Below are positions 1-11,278 of a stretch of DNA of 64,000 nucleotides, in pieces. The DNA comes from Myxococcales bacterium (GTDB lineage: Bacteria; Myxococcota_A; UBA9042; JABWCM01; BTVJ01), in the NCBI GenBank assembly GCA_045863395.1, contig BTVJ01000001.1:362643-426642 (forward strand). Reading direction: 5' to 3'. How positions within the stretch are numbered: the first letter of the stretch is position 1; every line of letters starts with the position of its first letter. The notes beneath the pieces were generated by a model, which worked only from the letters and a program-made list of their open reading frames with translations, did not search any database and was not told the origin of the DNA. A program made the position numbers and the translations under genes.

Positions 1-1
1 G

Positions 2-703
2 CACCAGGTGGCCGGTCTCGCTGATGCGCAGGGCGGCCTCCATGGTCTCCAGGTCGCGGATCTCGCCGATGAGCACGACGTCCGGGTCCTGGCGGAGCAC
101 GTAGCGGAGCGCGTCGCGGAACGAGCGCGTGTCGCTTCCGACCTCGCGCTGGTTGACGATGCACCGCTTGTGCTGGTGCACGAACTCGATGGGGTCCTCG
201 ATGGTGATGATGTGGCCGCGGGCGTTGGCGTTGATGGCGTCGATCATCGAGCTGAGCGTGGTCGACTTGCCGCTGCCCGTGGGACCGGTCACCAGGATCA
301 GGCCACGCACCCGGTCCACCATGGCGCGCACCGAGCGGGGCAGCCCGAGCTGCTCCATGGTGTGCACGTCCTGGGGGATCTGGCGCAGCGCCGCCGCCAC
401 CGCGCCCTGCTGGCGGAAGAAGTTGGCGCGAAACCGGGCGGCGCCCTTCCACTCGAAGCTGAGATCGATCTCGCTCTGCTCCTCGAAGGTGCGCTTCTGC
501 TTCTCGGTCATCACGCTGTACGCCAGGCGCTGGATGTCGTCGGCCTTGAGGGGCTCGGCGCGCCGGAGCGTGTGGACCTCGCCGTTGATGCGGAAGGCGG
601 GGGGGGCGAGCACCGTCAGGTGCAGGTCGCTCGCCTTCTGCTTGACCATGATCTCGAGGAGGCGGTGGATGTCGAGCGTGTCACTCGTGGCAGCATCCGA
701 CAT
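2..703 (-). CDS. pilT: Type IV pilus retraction ATPase PilT (3' end beyond window edge)
   Basis: Manually translated minus frame from ATG at 703: MSDAATSDTLDIHRLLEIMVKQKASDLHL..., RFRANFFRQQG, Walker A GPTGSGKSTT, TIEDPIE, LRQDPDVVLIGEIRD. Lies downstream of pilB. Confidence 0.93.
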   Translation of the reverse strand, partial: MSDAATSDTLDIHRLLEIMVKQKASDLHLTVLAPPAFRINGEVHTLRRAEPLKADDIQRLAYSVMTEKQKRTFEEQSEIDLSFEWKGAARFRANFFRQQGAVAAALRQIPQDVHTMEQLGLPRSVRAMVDRVRGLILVTGPTGSGKSTTLSSMIDAINANARGHIITIEDPIEFVHQHKRCIVNQREVGSDTRSFRDALRYVLRQDPDVVLIGEIRDLETMEAALRISETGHLV

Positions 704-808
704 TCTCAGGCTCCTTCGGACAGAATGGTGACAGCGCAAGGCATCGGCCGCTCTCGATTGCCCCCTGTGGTTGCTTGACGCCGCGAGACGATCACTCTGA
801 CGCGAGCG

Positions 809-2659
809 CTAGTCGGGGCGCGTGACGCGGAGCACCTCCTCGAGGGTCGTCATGCCCTCGAGGAGCTTGGAGAGCCCCGCCTGGCGCAGCGTCTTCATGC
901 CGTGGCGCATGGCCTCGCGCTTCAGCTCGATGGACGAGTAGCCCTGGAGCACGCACTCCTTGATCTCGTCGTTGAGCGGCATGACCTCGTAGAGAGCGAT
1001 GCGGCCCTTGAAGCCCGTGTCGTTGCAGTTGCGGCACCCGCGCCCCTTCATGATGACCGCGGTCGCCGCAACGTCCTCCGGCACGCCGGCCTCCATGAGG
1101 ACCGCCGGATCCACGGGGATGGGCTCCTTGCACTCCTGGCAGATCTTGCGGGCGAGGCGCTGGGCAAGGATCAAGTTGAGCGCCGCCGTCACGAGGAACG
1201 GCTCCACGCCCATGTTCAGGAGGCGGTTGATGGTCGAGGGGGCGTCGTTGGTGTGCAGCGTCGAGAGCACGAGGTGGCCCGTGAGCGCGGCCTTGACGGC
1301 GATCTCCGCGGTCTCGAAGTCACGGATCTCTCCGATCATGATGATGTCCGGGTCCTGCCGCAGGAAGGACCGGAGCGAGGCCGCGAAGGACAGGCCGATG
1401 CCGTCGTGGACCTGCACCTGGTTGATCCCAGGCAGGTTGAACTCCACCGGATCCTCTGCGGTGGAGATGTTCTCGGAGCTCTTGTTGAGGTCCTGGAGCG
1501 CCGAGTAGAGGGTCGTGGTCTTGCCGGAGCCGGTCGGGCCAGTCACGAGCACCATGCCCCAGGGCTGGTGGATCGCGTACTGGAAGTTGTCCAGGGGCTG
1601 CTGCTCGAAGCCCAGCTTCGTCATGTCGAGCTGGAGGTTGGACTTGTCGAGGATTCGGAGGACGACCTTCTCGCCGAACAGGGTGGGGAGCACGCTGACG
1701 CGGAAGTCCACCTCCTTGTTGTCGCCCATGACCAGCTTGATGCGGCCATCCTGGGGCAGGCGCCGCTCGGCGATGTCGAGCTGCGCCATGATCTTGAGGC
1801 GCGACGTGATCGCGTTTCGCAGCTTCATGGGCGGGCGCATGATCTCGTAGAGCACGCCGTCGATGCGGTACCGCACGCGGAAGCTGTACTCGTAGGGCTC
1901 GACGTGGATGTCGCTCGCGCCGCGCTTGATGGCGTCGATGAGCAGCAGGTTGACCAGGCGGATGACCGGCGCCTCCTCGGCGTCCCGCATCGCCTGGTCG
2001 ACGTCGATGCCCTCCTCCTCCTGGTCGACGCGGAACGCCGCCTGGTCGAGGATCTTGTCGAGCTCCGAGTCGGCCACGCTCCGGGTGTACTGGCCGTAGT
2101 ACTGCTCCTGGGCCTTGCGGATGGCCGACTCGCTGGAGACGACCACCTCCACGTTGAAGCCGGTCAGGAACTTGATCTCGTCCATCGCGTAGATGTTCGC
2201 CGGGTCGGACATGGCGACGACGATGGAGTTACCGTCCTTGTTGATGGGGATGAGGCTGTGCTTCTCCGCCATCTCGCGGGAGATCAGCTTCAGCACCTCC
2301 TCGTCGACCTCCACCTCTTCCAGGGCCACGGAGGGGACACCGTACTGGCGGCTGAGGAAGGCGACGAGGTGCGACTCCTGGATGTAACCGAGTCGCGCGA
2401 GAGTGTAGGCCAGGTTGCGGCCCGTCTCGCCGGTCTTGCGCTGCGCGTCCTGGAGCTGCTCCGACGTGATCATCTTGTCGCGCAGCAGCAGCTCGCCCAG
2501 GCCCTGGGGCTCCATGCGGGCGGGCGCGTAGTCCGGGGCGCCGCGCGGTGGCTTCGCCGAGCGGTCCTCTGCCAGGCGCAGCTCGCCCGGGCCCTTGTAG
2601 TCGGTGGGCTTGGGGGGCGGTCCTCCGGGCGGGGTGCCGGGCGGGGTGGTCTCGGCCAT
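809..2659 (-). CDS. pilB: Type IV-A pilus assembly ATPase PilB
   Basis: MshEN-like N-terminus, ASDIHVEP, RRLPQDGRI, GPTGSGKTTT, LRQDPDIIMIGEIRD, tetra-Cys zinc motif (CQEC...CRNC). Confidence 0.95.
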   Translation of the reverse strand: MAETTPPGTPPGGPPPKPTDYKGPGELRLAEDRSAKPPRGAPDYAPARMEPQGLGELLLRDKMITSEQLQDAQRKTGETGRNLAYTLARLGYIQESHLVAFLSRQYGVPSVALEEVEVDEEVLKLISREMAEKHSLIPINKDGNSIVVAMSDPANIYAMDEIKFLTGFNVEVVVSSESAIRKAQEQYYGQYTRSVADSELDKILDQAAFRVDQEEEGIDVDQAMRDAEEAPVIRLVNLLLIDAIKRGASDIHVEPYEYSFRVRYRIDGVLYEIMRPPMKLRNAITSRLKIMAQLDIAERRLPQDGRIKLVMGDNKEVDFRVSVLPTLFGEKVVLRILDKSNLQLDMTKLGFEQQPLDNFQYAIHQPWGMVLVTGPTGSGKTTTLYSALQDLNKSSENISTAEDPVEFNLPGINQVQVHDGIGLSFAASLRSFLRQDPDIIMIGEIRDFETAEIAVKAALTGHLVLSTLHTNDAPSTINRLLNMGVEPFLVTAALNLILAQRLARKICQECKEPIPVDPAVLMEAGVPEDVAATAVIMKGRGCRNCNDTGFKGRIALYEVMPLNDEIKECVLQGYSSIELKREAMRHGMKTLRQAGLSKLLEGMTTLEEVLRVTRPD

Positions 2660-2805
2660 CTGCGACTTCCCTCCTGAAGCGCCGTGAGGCGCGTGGTCGA
2701 CGGTGGTCCCCGCGCCTCCCCTGCTGCCCTGGGGGCCGGTGCCCTGGCGTCGCCTGGTGGCTCCTGCGCCAGGAGTTCGGGGGGTGTCAGCCGTCCTGAC
2801 GGGTT

Positions 2806-2835
2806 ACGCTAGCGAATGCGCGGAACAAGTGTCAA
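2806..2835 (-). promoter_or_regulatory. Sigma70-like promoter for pilB-pilT
   Basis: Minus strand TTGACA-N18-TAGCGT, about 150 nt upstream of pilB. Confidence 0.5.
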
Positions 2836-4181
2836 GTTTCGTCACCGGCGTGACGCAACGCGTCACCGCGGAGCGCCGCGAGGGCCTCCAGCCACGGCAG
2901 GAGCGCGCCCTCGGCGCGGTGCCTGTACATGGTCTTCTTGTCGCCCTTGCGCGCGCGAGCCGTGATCGCAGGGAACAGGGAGTAGTTGACGTTGGTCGGT
3001 TGGTAACCGTCACCCAGGTCGCAGGTCACGTGGCGGTGAAGGGCGCCCAGGGCCGTCTCCGCGGGGGGGAGCGGCGGCTCCTCGCCGCGCAGGCGGGCCC
3101 CGAGGAACAGCCCGGCGAGCAGGCCGCACGCCGTGGACTCCACGTAACCCTCGACGCCGGTGATCTGGCCAGCGAAGGTCAGGCGCTCGTCGGCGCGAAG
3201 GCGCAAGGTCTGGTCGAGCAGGCGGGGCCCGTGGATGTACGTGTTGCGGTGCACCGAGCCGTACCGCAGGAACTCGGCACCCTCGAGGCCGGGGATCGTG
3301 CGGAAGATGCGCCCCTGCTCGGGGTACTTGAGCTTGGTCTGGAAGCCGACCAGGTTGTAGGCCGTGCCCGCCGCGTTCTCGCGCCTGAGCTGCACCACGG
3401 CGAAGGGGCGGTGGCCAGTGAGCGGGTCCACCAGGCCAACCGGCTTCATGGGCCCGAAGGCAAGGCTCAGGGGGCCGCTCGCCGCGATGACCTCGATGGG
3501 CAGGCAGCCCTGGAAGTAGCGCGGCTCCTCGAAGTCACGCAGCGGGACCTTCTCGGCGTCGAGGATCGCGCGCACGAAGGCGTGGTACTGATCCTGGTCG
3601 AGGGGGCAGTTCAGGTAGTCGTCCCCCCCCTTGTCGTAGCGGGACTGGGCGAAGACGCGGGCCCTGTCCAGGCTGTCCGCGTCGACGATGGGGGCGATGG
3701 CGTCGTAGAAGTAGAGGCGCTCGGAGCCGGTCAGCGCCACGATGCGCGCCGCCAGCGCGTCGCTGGTCAGCGGCCCCGTCGCGATGATCGTCGGGGCGTC
3801 GGGCAGCGAGGTGACCTCCTCGCGGACCACGTGGATGCGGGGGTGACCGTCGATGGCGGAGGCGACGGCGGCGCTGAAGGCGTCCCGGTCCACGGCCAGG
3901 GCGTCGCCGGCGGGGACGGCGTTGGCGTCGGCCGCACCCAGGATGAGGCTCCCGGCGGCGCGGAGCTCCTGCTTGATCAGGCCGACGGCGTTGTCCGGGT
4001 TCCTGGACCGGAAGGAGTTGGAGCAGACCAGCTCCGCGAGGCCGTCGGTCTGGTGGGCCGGGCTCCTCCGGTGGGGACGCATCTCGTGGAGCTGGACGTG
4101 CAGGCCCAGGGTCGCGAGCTGCCAGGCGGCCTCGCAGCCGGCCAGGCCCCCGCCGACGACATGGACGACGGGCGCCGTCAA
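2832..4181 (-). CDS. trmFO: Methylenetetrahydrofolate:tRNA-(uracil-54)-methyltransferase TrmFO
   Basis: [53 protein letters not shown]. Probable TTG start overlaps the topA stop codon. Confidence 0.95.
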   Translation of the reverse strand: MTAPVVHVVGGGLAGCEAAWQLATLGLHVQLHEMRPHRRSPAHQTDGLAELVCSNSFRSRNPDNAVGLIKQELRAAGSLILGAADANAVPAGDALAVDRDAFSAAVASAIDGHPRIHVVREEVTSLPDAPTIIATGPLTSDALAARIVALTGSERLYFYDAIAPIVDADSLDRARVFAQSRYDKGGDDYLNCPLDQDQYHAFVRAILDAEKVPLRDFEEPRYFQGCLPIEVIAASGPLSLAFGPMKPVGLVDPLTGHRPFAVVQLRRENAAGTAYNLVGFQTKLKYPEQGRIFRTIPGLEGAEFLRYGSVHRNTYIHGPRLLDQTLRLRADERLTFAGQITGVEGYVESTACGLLAGLFLGARLRGEEPPLPPAETALGALHRHVTCDLGDGYQPTNVNYSLFPAITARARKGDKKTMYRHRAEGALLPWLEALAALRGDALRHAGDET

Positions 4182-6442
4182 GACAGCTTGCGGGTGTAGC
4201 CGCAGCTCTCGTTGGGACACACCACGTCGTTGCGGCCGCGGTACTTGCGCTCACCCAGGAAGGGGAAGTCGCACTGGGGGCACCTCTCGTCCGGAATCGG
4301 GCGATTCCAGGTCGCATAATCACACTTGGGGAAGGTTGAGCAGCTATAGAAGGTCTTTCCCTTCTTGCTCAGCTTCTCTGTCAGGTATCCTTTGCATCCC
4401 TCACGCGGACACGCGACGCCCACCGGGATGGGCATGGTGTGACGGCACTCGGGGTAGCCGCTGCACGCCAGGAAGCGACCGAACTTTCCGTTCTTGATGA
4501 TCATGGGCCGGCCGCACTTCTCGCACCTCTGGTCGGTCTCCTCCGCCGCCTTCACTTGGACGGCGCCGGCGTCGTCGCGCACGTACTCCTTCGTGTTCTT
4601 GCACTCGGGGTATGCGGAGCAGCCGAGGAAGGACCCGTTTTTTCCGAACTTGATCACCATCTTGGCGCCGCACTTCTCGCACTCGAGATCGGTGGGCAGC
4701 TCCTGGCGCTTGACGTCCCGCATCTCGCTCTTTGCGCGGGCCAGGGCGTCCTTGAAGGTGCCCCAGAAGGTGCCGAGCATTGCCTCCCAGTCCACCTGGC
4801 CGTCCTCGATGCTGTCGAGCTCGTCCTCCATCTGGGCAGTGAACTGGGCCGACAGGATGCGGGGGAAGTTCTCGACCAGCAGGTCCGTGACGATGGTGCC
4901 GAGCTCCGTCGGGCGGAAGCGCCCCTTGTCGCGCTCCACGTACTCCTTGTCGAGGATGGTGCTGATGATGCTCGCGTAGGTGGAGGGGCGGCCGATGCCC
5001 TTCTCCTCCAGCTCGCGGATCAGCGACGCCTCGGTGTAGCGGGGAGGCGGCTGGGTGAAGTGCTGCTCGCCAGAGAGCGGCGACGCCAGCGTGAGCGCCT
5101 CGCCATCGGAGAGGGGCGGCAGCGGGTGGTTCTCGTCGTCGTCCTCGGTGGCGTCCTCGTCGCGGGTCTCCCGGTAGGCCGCCATGTAGCCGTCGAACTT
5201 GAGGATGGAGCCGCTCGCGCGGAACTGGTACGTGCGCTCCGTGCCCGCCGCGTCCACGTCCACCGAGGTGGAGTCGAAGACCGCGCCGTTCATCTGGCAG
5301 GCGATGTAGCGCTTCCAGATCAGGGAGTAGAGGCGGATCTGGTCATCGGAGAGGTACTGCTTCACCTTGTCGGGCGGGTAGTCCGTCGAGGTGGGGCGGA
5401 TCGCCTCGTGCGCGTCCTGAGCGCCCTTCTTCGTCTTGTAGACGACGGGGGCGGCCGGGAGGTAGCGCTCGCCCCAGGTGTCGGCGATGAAGGTGCGCGC
5501 GGCCGCGAGGGAGTCGTCCGACAGGCGTGTGGAGTCGGTGCGCATGTAGGAGATCAGGGCCACCTGGCCCTCGGGGCCAAGCTCGACGCCTTCGTAGAGC
5601 TGCTGGGCGACCGACATGGTCTTCTTGGCGGTGAAGCGGTAGAGGCGCGAGGCCTCCTGCTGGAGCTTGCTCGTGATGAACGGAGGGGCCGGCGAGCGCC
5701 GCCGCTCCTTGCGCTGGACCGTGCCGACGGAGTAGCGGGCGCCCGCGAGGTCCGCCAGGATGGCGTCGGCCTGGGCGGCGTCACCGATGACGGCCTTGTC
5801 CTTTCCCACCTTGACGAGGCGCGCCGTGAACTGTGGGGGGACGGAGGCGCCGAGCAGGGCGTCGATGGTCCAGTACTCCTCGGTCTGGAAGGCCTGCACC
5901 TCCCGCTCGCGCTCGACCACGAGGCGCACGGCGACCGACTGGACCCGGCCGGCGGAGAGGCCGCGGCGCACCTTCTCCCACAGGAGGGGGCTGATCTCGT
6001 AGCCGACGAGGCGGTCGAGGATGCGCCGGGCCTGCTGGCTCTCGAAGAGGCGCTGGTCGAGGGGGCGCGGGTTCTCGATGGCGTACTGGACGGCCTTCTT
6101 CGTGATCTCGTTGAAGGTGATGCGCTGGACGTTGTCGTTCTGTTTGCTGATCTCATCCGCGATGTGCCAGGCGATGGCCTCACCTTCCCGATCAGGGTCG
6201 GGGGCGAGGTACACGACGGAGGCAGACCTGGCCGCGTCGCGGATCTTCTTGAGGACGTTGCTCTTGCCCCGGATGGGGACGTACTTCGGCTTGAAGTGAT
6301 CGTCGACCTCGACGCCGAGCTCGTTCTTCGGGAGATCCTTCACGTGGCCGACGCTGGCCTCTACCACGAAGCCGTCCCCCAGGTACTTCTTGATGGTCTT
6401 CGCCTTCGACGGCGACTCCACGATGACCAGCGCCTTCGCCAT
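4178..6442 (-). CDS. topA: DNA topoisomerase I
   Basis: [42 protein letters not shown]-terminal C4 zinc ribbons. Confidence 0.97.
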   Translation of the reverse strand: MAKALVIVESPSKAKTIKKYLGDGFVVEASVGHVKDLPKNELGVEVDDHFKPKYVPIRGKSNVLKKIRDAARSASVVYLAPDPDREGEAIAWHIADEISKQNDNVQRITFNEITKKAVQYAIENPRPLDQRLFESQQARRILDRLVGYEISPLLWEKVRRGLSAGRVQSVAVRLVVEREREVQAFQTEEYWTIDALLGASVPPQFTARLVKVGKDKAVIGDAAQADAILADLAGARYSVGTVQRKERRRSPAPPFITSKLQQEASRLYRFTAKKTMSVAQQLYEGVELGPEGQVALISYMRTDSTRLSDDSLAAARTFIADTWGERYLPAAPVVYKTKKGAQDAHEAIRPTSTDYPPDKVKQYLSDDQIRLYSLIWKRYIACQMNGAVFDSTSVDVDAAGTERTYQFRASGSILKFDGYMAAYRETRDEDATEDDDENHPLPPLSDGEALTLASPLSGEQHFTQPPPRYTEASLIRELEEKGIGRPSTYASIISTILDKEYVERDKGRFRPTELGTIVTDLLVENFPRILSAQFTAQMEDELDSIEDGQVDWEAMLGTFWGTFKDALARAKSEMRDVKRQELPTDLECEKCGAKMVIKFGKNGSFLGCSAYPECKNTKEYVRDDAGAVQVKAAEETDQRCEKCGRPMIIKNGKFGRFLACSGYPECRHTMPIPVGVACPREGCKGYLTEKLSKKGKTFYSCSTFPKCDYATWNRPIPDERCPQCDFPFLGERKYRGRNDVVCPNESCGYTRKLS

Positions 6443-6519
6443 CCTTCCTTCCCTATGCTCGTGATCCGGGGCCCCTGCTGTTGGGGCAGCAGGACAACTA
6501 CACACGTCCAGGCCGCTCG

Positions 6520-7671
6520 TCAAATGGAGCGGCGGCCATCCGCTTGTGCGCGAAGGCTCCACTCGCCGCCGGGGGTGCGCCTCACCGCGCCGGCAAGCTC
6601 CATGGCGCCAAGCGCCGCCAGGACGAGCCAGGCAGGCTCGCCCGACCGCTCGGCGAGGGCATCGACGCCCATCGGGCCCCCTGCCAGGTGGGAGAGGACC
6701 CGGGCTGCCCGAGGGTCCGCAGCGATGGCGCTCGTGGGCGCCGAGACGCTGGACGTCCCGGCTCCACCCGACACCTGGGGCGCGCGGAGCCAGCCAGGAG
6801 GGAGGTCCGGGGCCCTGCGGCCGGGCAGAGGCCACCGCGGCGCGCTGGCGTCGATGCCCATGGCGCGCAGGACGTCCGCCGGGTGCGTGGCGGCGAGGGC
6901 CTCTCCCCGCGCGAGGAGGCCGTTGGTGCCTGCGCTGGAGCGGTAGCACACGTCGCCGGGGACCGCAAGCACGGGGCGGCCGAGGGCGCGCGCCTGGCCG
7001 GCGGTCTGGAGCGTGCCGCTGCGCGCGGCCGCCTGCGCGATGAGGACCACCTCGGAGAGGGCGGCGATCAGGCGGTTGCGGTCGGGGAAGTAGTGGGGGC
7101 GGGCCTCGTAGCCCGGGGGGACCTCTGTAAGGAGCAGGCCGCCGTGGCGAAGGACGTCGTCCAGGAGGGGGCGGGACGACGCGGGCGACGGGTGATCGAA
7201 GCCCGAGGCCAGCACGACCACCGTGCGCCCGCCGGCGGCGAGGGTCGAGCGGTGCACCTCCGCGTCCACGCCGCGGGCGCCGCCGCTGACGATGACCAGG
7301 CCCTCCAGGGCGAGGGCGTTGGCGAAGCGCCGCGCGGCCTCGACGCCGTAGAGATCCGGGTCGCGGGACCCCACGATGGCCACACGGCGCGTGGACGGGC
7401 CGAGCAGGCTCACGTCGCCGCGTGCCATGAGCAGGAGCGGGGGGTCCGGGAGGGGCGGCAGCGCCTGAGGGGCGAGACAGCGTGCGCCGAGGGCGTCCAG
7501 GCGCCCGACCTCTGCTGCGGCCCTTCGCTGGACGGCGTCCGGGAGCGCGCTGGCCAGGGGGAGCCCCCGGGCGCGAGCCTGGCGGCGAGCCTGGGCCGGT
7601 GCGCCCCTGGCGGCGACGAGCAGGGCGAGGCAGGCGAGGGCGTCAGGGGAGTCGATGGCTTCACGTTCCAT
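6520..7671 (-). CDS. dprA: DNA-processing protein DprA
   Basis: VAIVGSR, IVSGGARGVD, FPDRNRLIAALS, SGTLQTA, C-terminal winged helix. Conserved dprA-topA-trmFO order. Confidence 0.92.
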   Translation of the reverse strand: MEREAIDSPDALACLALLVAARGAPAQARRQARARGLPLASALPDAVQRRAAAEVGRLDALGARCLAPQALPPLPDPPLLLMARGDVSLLGPSTRRVAIVGSRDPDLYGVEAARRFANALALEGLVIVSGGARGVDAEVHRSTLAAGGRTVVVLASGFDHPSPASSRPLLDDVLRHGGLLLTEVPPGYEARPHYFPDRNRLIAALSEVVLIAQAAARSGTLQTAGQARALGRPVLAVPGDVCYRSSAGTNGLLARGEALAATHPADVLRAMGIDASAPRWPLPGRRAPDLPPGWLRAPQVSGGAGTSSVSAPTSAIAADPRAARVLSHLAGGPMGVDALAERSGEPAWLVLAALGAMELAGAVRRTPGGEWSLRAQADGRRSI

Positions 7672-7781
7672 GGGTCACCTCCGGCGGCCCGCTTCGACCC
7701 GGGGCTGGTCTGGTGTCGCCCTTTCCTGCATCGGGCGCCTCTGATAGCCTGAGCGGCGTCCGACCCCACAGGAGGTGCCCG

Positions 7782-9029
7782 ATGACTCGTCCCCGCCCAT
7801 GGCTGCTCACGGTACTGGTCGCGGCCCTCTCCACTGCCGCCTGCGACGACGGGGAGACGGCGGGAGGTGGAGGCTTCGGAGGCGACGTGGCGATCCAGCC
7901 GAGCGACACTGGCGGCGGAGGGGGAATGGACGCACCTGGGACCGACGTCTCCGGGGGCGGCTACGTGGTGAATGCTCAAGCCATGCAGATCCAGAGCGGG
8001 GGGCGGACCATCCACATCCGGCGCTACGTCCCGCAGGGGTGCGACGCGACCACGCCGTGCCCGGGGGTGGTGCTGGTGCCTGACGGCATCCTGGGGGGCG
8101 ACGAGTTCTTCGGCGACGACGCGCCCGAGCTGCTCGCGGGGGCGGCGCAGGTCATCGTGGCGCGCTACAACCCGCCAGCCCGAGGGACGGGCACGACCAA
8201 GAGCGATGGGGTGGAGGACTACAATGGAAAGGCGGGCCAGGACGCCCTGAAGGACGTGCTGCTCGCCCTGGACAAGAGCCAGGACACGACGGACAAGATC
8301 GGGGTCGTCTCCTTCGGGTTCGGCTTGTCGGCGGCCTCCGCCAGCCTCGCATCCTACCAGCCGACCAACCTCAAGTTCGTGGACTGGCTGATCGACGTGG
8401 AGGGGCCCGTCAACCGCTGCTACATCACCCAGGCGGCGTCCGATGCCGACGCGGGGATCACGGGAGACGGCGTGGGGGTGACGGACTCCAAGTGCGACTT
8501 CGACAAGTTCGGACTGACCCGCGACGAGGCCTTCCCGACGTCACTGCCACAGGGGGCCCCGAAGAGCCTGATCTGCTCCAAGGGCGCATTCCCCATCAAC
8601 CTGACCGGCAAGGACTGCACCGAGGACCTGTGGTGGGCGGACAGGGAGCCCAAGAAGTTCCTGTCCAAGTTGCAGGGAGCGTACCTGCGATTGCAGATGA
8701 AGTACGACCACGTGCAGCCCTCGCGGGCAGGAGCCCTGGTCGGCGTGTACTACGCGATCCAGTCGTCGGCCCTGGCGTGGAAGCAGCTCAACGACGTGGA
8801 GGCCAACAAGCCGGTCCACACCTGGGGCGACGCCACCTGCGTGCAGGCCGGCTGCTACCTGTCGTCGGACCTCGGCAACGCCTTGGCCTTCGGGACCTGC
8901 CAGGGCACCTCGTGCGACGGCGACGACAACCCCTTCAAGGCAGTGATGCCCGGCTACAAGGCCATGACCCTGGCCGTGTTCGCGGAGAAGGTGCTCCCCA
9001 AGTATGTCGCGCGGCTGAACGGGCTGTAG
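7782..9029 (+). CDS. Lipoprotein with alpha/beta-hydrolase-like domain
   Basis: GGAGG RBS, lipobox LSTAA-C, Gly/Asp tether, CPGVVLVPDG, RYNPPARG, IGVVSFGFG elbow-like motif. Confidence 0.55.
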   Translation: MTRPRPWLLTVLVAALSTAACDDGETAGGGGFGGDVAIQPSDTGGGGGMDAPGTDVSGGGYVVNAQAMQIQSGGRTIHIRRYVPQGCDATTPCPGVVLVPDGILGGDEFFGDDAPELLAGAAQVIVARYNPPARGTGTTKSDGVEDYNGKAGQDALKDVLLALDKSQDTTDKIGVVSFGFGLSAASASLASYQPTNLKFVDWLIDVEGPVNRCYITQAASDADAGITGDGVGVTDSKCDFDKFGLTRDEAFPTSLPQGAPKSLICSKGAFPINLTGKDCTEDLWWADREPKKFLSKLQGAYLRLQMKYDHVQPSRAGALVGVYYAIQSSALAWKQLNDVEANKPVHTWGDATCVQAGCYLSSDLGNALAFGTCQGTSCDGDDNPFKAVMPGYKAMTLAVFAEKVLPKYVARLNGL

Positions 9030-9036
9030 GTCGGGA

Positions 9037-9525
9037 TCAGTGCAGCAGGGGGCCGTGGTCGTCCTCGGGCGCTGCGACGGGGCGCGGGAGCACGAAGGGC
9101 GCCGGGTCGAGGTCCTTGAGGATGTCGAGGGTCTCGAAGCGGTAGCCGACCGACGGGAAGCGGATGGCGTTGTCTTCCAGCTTCGGGATGAACAGGATTG
9201 GGTCCCCTGCCAGGTTGTAGCCGAGCTGGAGCAGGGTGCGCTCGTGGACCACAGGCCCCCCCGGCGGATGGAAGTGGCCGCGCAGGATGTAGAACCCCTC
9301 GCTGGGCAGCGCCACGAGCGTCACCGTCCAGTCCGCGTCGCGCACCAGGTAGCCCCGGTCGTGGAAGGTCCAGCGGTTGTCGGTGTTGACGCGGGGGAGG
9401 AGGACGAGGGGAGGGCCCTCCGACGAGTGGTTGTGGAAGTAGACCAGGCGCCCCGCCGGGACCTGCTCCTCGCGCTCTGTGAGCGGCAGGGTGGTGCGGT
9501 AGAGGCCGCAGGGCAAGGCGGCCAT
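9037..9525 (-). CDS. Hypothetical protein
   Basis: C-terminal part of the 9037..11268 frame (MAALPCGLYRTT...LVYFHNH...LQLGYN). Start overlaps the stop of the upstream kelch gene; strong GC3 bias. Confidence 0.7.
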   Translation of the reverse strand: MAALPCGLYRTTLPLTEREEQVPAGRLVYFHNHSSEGPPLVLLPRVNTDNRWTFHDRGYLVRDADWTVTLVALPSEGFYILRGHFHPPGGPVVHERTLLQLGYNLAGDPILFIPKLEDNAIRFPSVGYRFETLDILKDLDPAPFVLPRPVAAPEDDHGPLLH

Positions 9526-11246
9526 CAGAGCGCGCACCCGGCCGTGGAGGGGATCGGCGACGGGTCGTAGTTGAACAGCTCGGTGGGCTGCACGAGCTCC
9601 AGGTTCAGGTCGATGGAGTTCAGGCCGCCCACGGCCAGCGCGTAGTGGTTCGGCAGATAGACGACGTTGTGCATGAAGCGCTGGTGGATCATGGCATCGG
9701 CGCGCACCGAGCGGATCTCGGGAGCCCCGCCGGGGACGGTCACGCTCCCGATGACCTCCGCGGCTCCAACGACCTTGTTGCTCGCGCCGAGGCCGCCGGC
9801 AACCAGGATGCGCCCGTCGTCCATCAGGGTCGCCTGGTGCATGGCGCGGGCCGTGCAGAGGTTGAAGCCGTCCTGGGGACCGGCGAGCGCCTGGCCGTTC
9901 TGGGTGTTGATCACCTCGATGCGGTTGACGAGCTTGCTGCGCGCCCGGTCCTGGTAGCCGCCCAGCACGTACACTGCGTTGACACCGCCCTTCGACACGT
10001 ACACGGCCTGGTGCCCGACGCGGCCCTTCTCGACCGCGCTGAGGTCGCCGACCAGGGGCTCCGGGATCTTGCCGTTCGGGAGCATCGCGCCGGCCACCTT
10101 GTCGAACACGTCGATGGTCGCCACGGTCTTGGAGCCGTCCTCGCCGCCGATGAAGAAGATGTAGTTGTCCTTCTCGACGGCCGTCGCGACGTGGTTCCAG
10201 CGGGGCGCCACCAAGCCGCTGTCGGGGGCCTTGGCGCTCGGCCCGAACGCGATGGACCCCTGCGCTGGGTTCCACACCTCGAAGCTGCCACTGGCCTGCT
10301 CCGCGCGCCCCCCGGCCAGCAGGACGAAGACGTCGGTCTTGCCATAGTTGAGCAGCGTGGCGCTGGAGCCCCACCGCTCGACGAGCAGCGGCATGACGGT
10401 GGCGGCGTCGAGCACCTGGCGGGTGTCGGGATCGTACAGCTCCGCGTGGTTGCTGCCCTGCACCTGGTTGTTGATCAGCGTGATGCCGCCGACGATGGCG
10501 ACCTTGTTGAGCCCCGGCAGGTAGATCGCGTGATGGAAGGCGCGCGGGTAGAAGAGCTGTGTGCCGATCAGCGGGTCGAAGGCGCCCGACTCCGGGTCGT
10601 AGAGCTCGACCGAGGTCAGGACCTCGGCGATGTTGGCGGGGTTGTCCCAGGGGTTGGGGTCGCCCGACTGCTCCACGATCTTCGCCTTGTCCGGCTTCAT
10701 GCGGGCGCCGCCCACGATGAGGACGCGGCCGTCGGGCAGGAGCGTGGTGGAGGCCCCGTAGCGAGGCTCGTTGAGGGAGGTCGCCTGTCCGCCGGTGAGC
10801 TGTGAGGCCGTTGGTGAGAAGCGGTTGACCCGCGTCACCATGACCGCTCCGGTCAGCGGCGTCGGTGCCTGGCTGGAGACCTTGAGCCGCTTCGAGCAGC
10901 CTCGGCCGAGCAGCGCGCCGGTGCATGGCTCGGTGCTCGGGGCGTAGAGCTCCACGATGACCTGAAAGTCCAGATCGAACGGGGCGGCGGGAATCTCCAG
11001 CACGGACCCGGGACCGTAGGCGGTGCACTTCGACTGGGCGGCGAGCTGGGAGCCGCTGATGGACACGCGAACGTCCCCAATGGGTGACGCCGTGTTCGTC
11101 CACGGGTTGAAGAGCGGGTCCGTGGGAGAGAACACCGAGAGGCTCAGGAGCTTGGAAGGCGACGACGCCTCCTCGGTCTCGCAGCCGATACCGGTGACCG
11201 TCGCGAGCGCGGCCAAGCCGACGGTGATGATGCGCAGCGTCCTCAT
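9525..11246 (-). CDS. Kelch-repeat (beta-propeller) lipoprotein
   Basis: Signal peptide ending GIG-C; repeated kelch motifs (PRYGASTTLLPDGRVLIVGG, ELYDP, ARAMHQATLMDDGRILVAGG). Confidence 0.85.
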   Translation of the reverse strand: MRTLRIITVGLAALATVTGIGCETEEASSPSKLLSLSVFSPTDPLFNPWTNTASPIGDVRVSISGSQLAAQSKCTAYGPGSVLEIPAAPFDLDFQVIVELYAPSTEPCTGALLGRGCSKRLKVSSQAPTPLTGAVMVTRVNRFSPTASQLTGGQATSLNEPRYGASTTLLPDGRVLIVGGARMKPDKAKIVEQSGDPNPWDNPANIAEVLTSVELYDPESGAFDPLIGTQLFYPRAFHHAIYLPGLNKVAIVGGITLINNQVQGSNHAELYDPDTRQVLDAATVMPLLVERWGSSATLLNYGKTDVFVLLAGGRAEQASGSFEVWNPAQGSIAFGPSAKAPDSGLVAPRWNHVATAVEKDNYIFFIGGEDGSKTVATIDVFDKVAGAMLPNGKIPEPLVGDLSAVEKGRVGHQAVYVSKGGVNAVYVLGGYQDRARSKLVNRIEVINTQNGQALAGPQDGFNLCTARAMHQATLMDDGRILVAGGLGASNKVVGAAEVIGSVTVPGGAPEIRSVRADAMIHQRFMHNVVYLPNHYALAVGGLNSIDLNLELVQPTELFNYDPSPIPSTAGCAL

Positions 11247-11278
11247 GCTTCGTTTCCTCGGGATCCAACCCTGCGGGT

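Noticed and set aside
8..778. Long plus-strand ORFs antisense to pilT (also 902-2677, 2703-4199, 4439-6946, 27485-30127, 38443-40872, 56691-58985, 62189-63985 and similar)
   Set aside because: Shadow ORFs typical of high-GC coding DNA; the opposite strand carries the recognisable proteins.
6443..6949. N-terminal extensions in the ORF track (topA, kelch protein, GH-like protein, hsdS, 46920-49826 and others)
   Set aside because: They overlap neighbouring genes and translate as low-complexity Arg/Gly/Pro sequence; downstream starts with RBS or signal peptides fit better.
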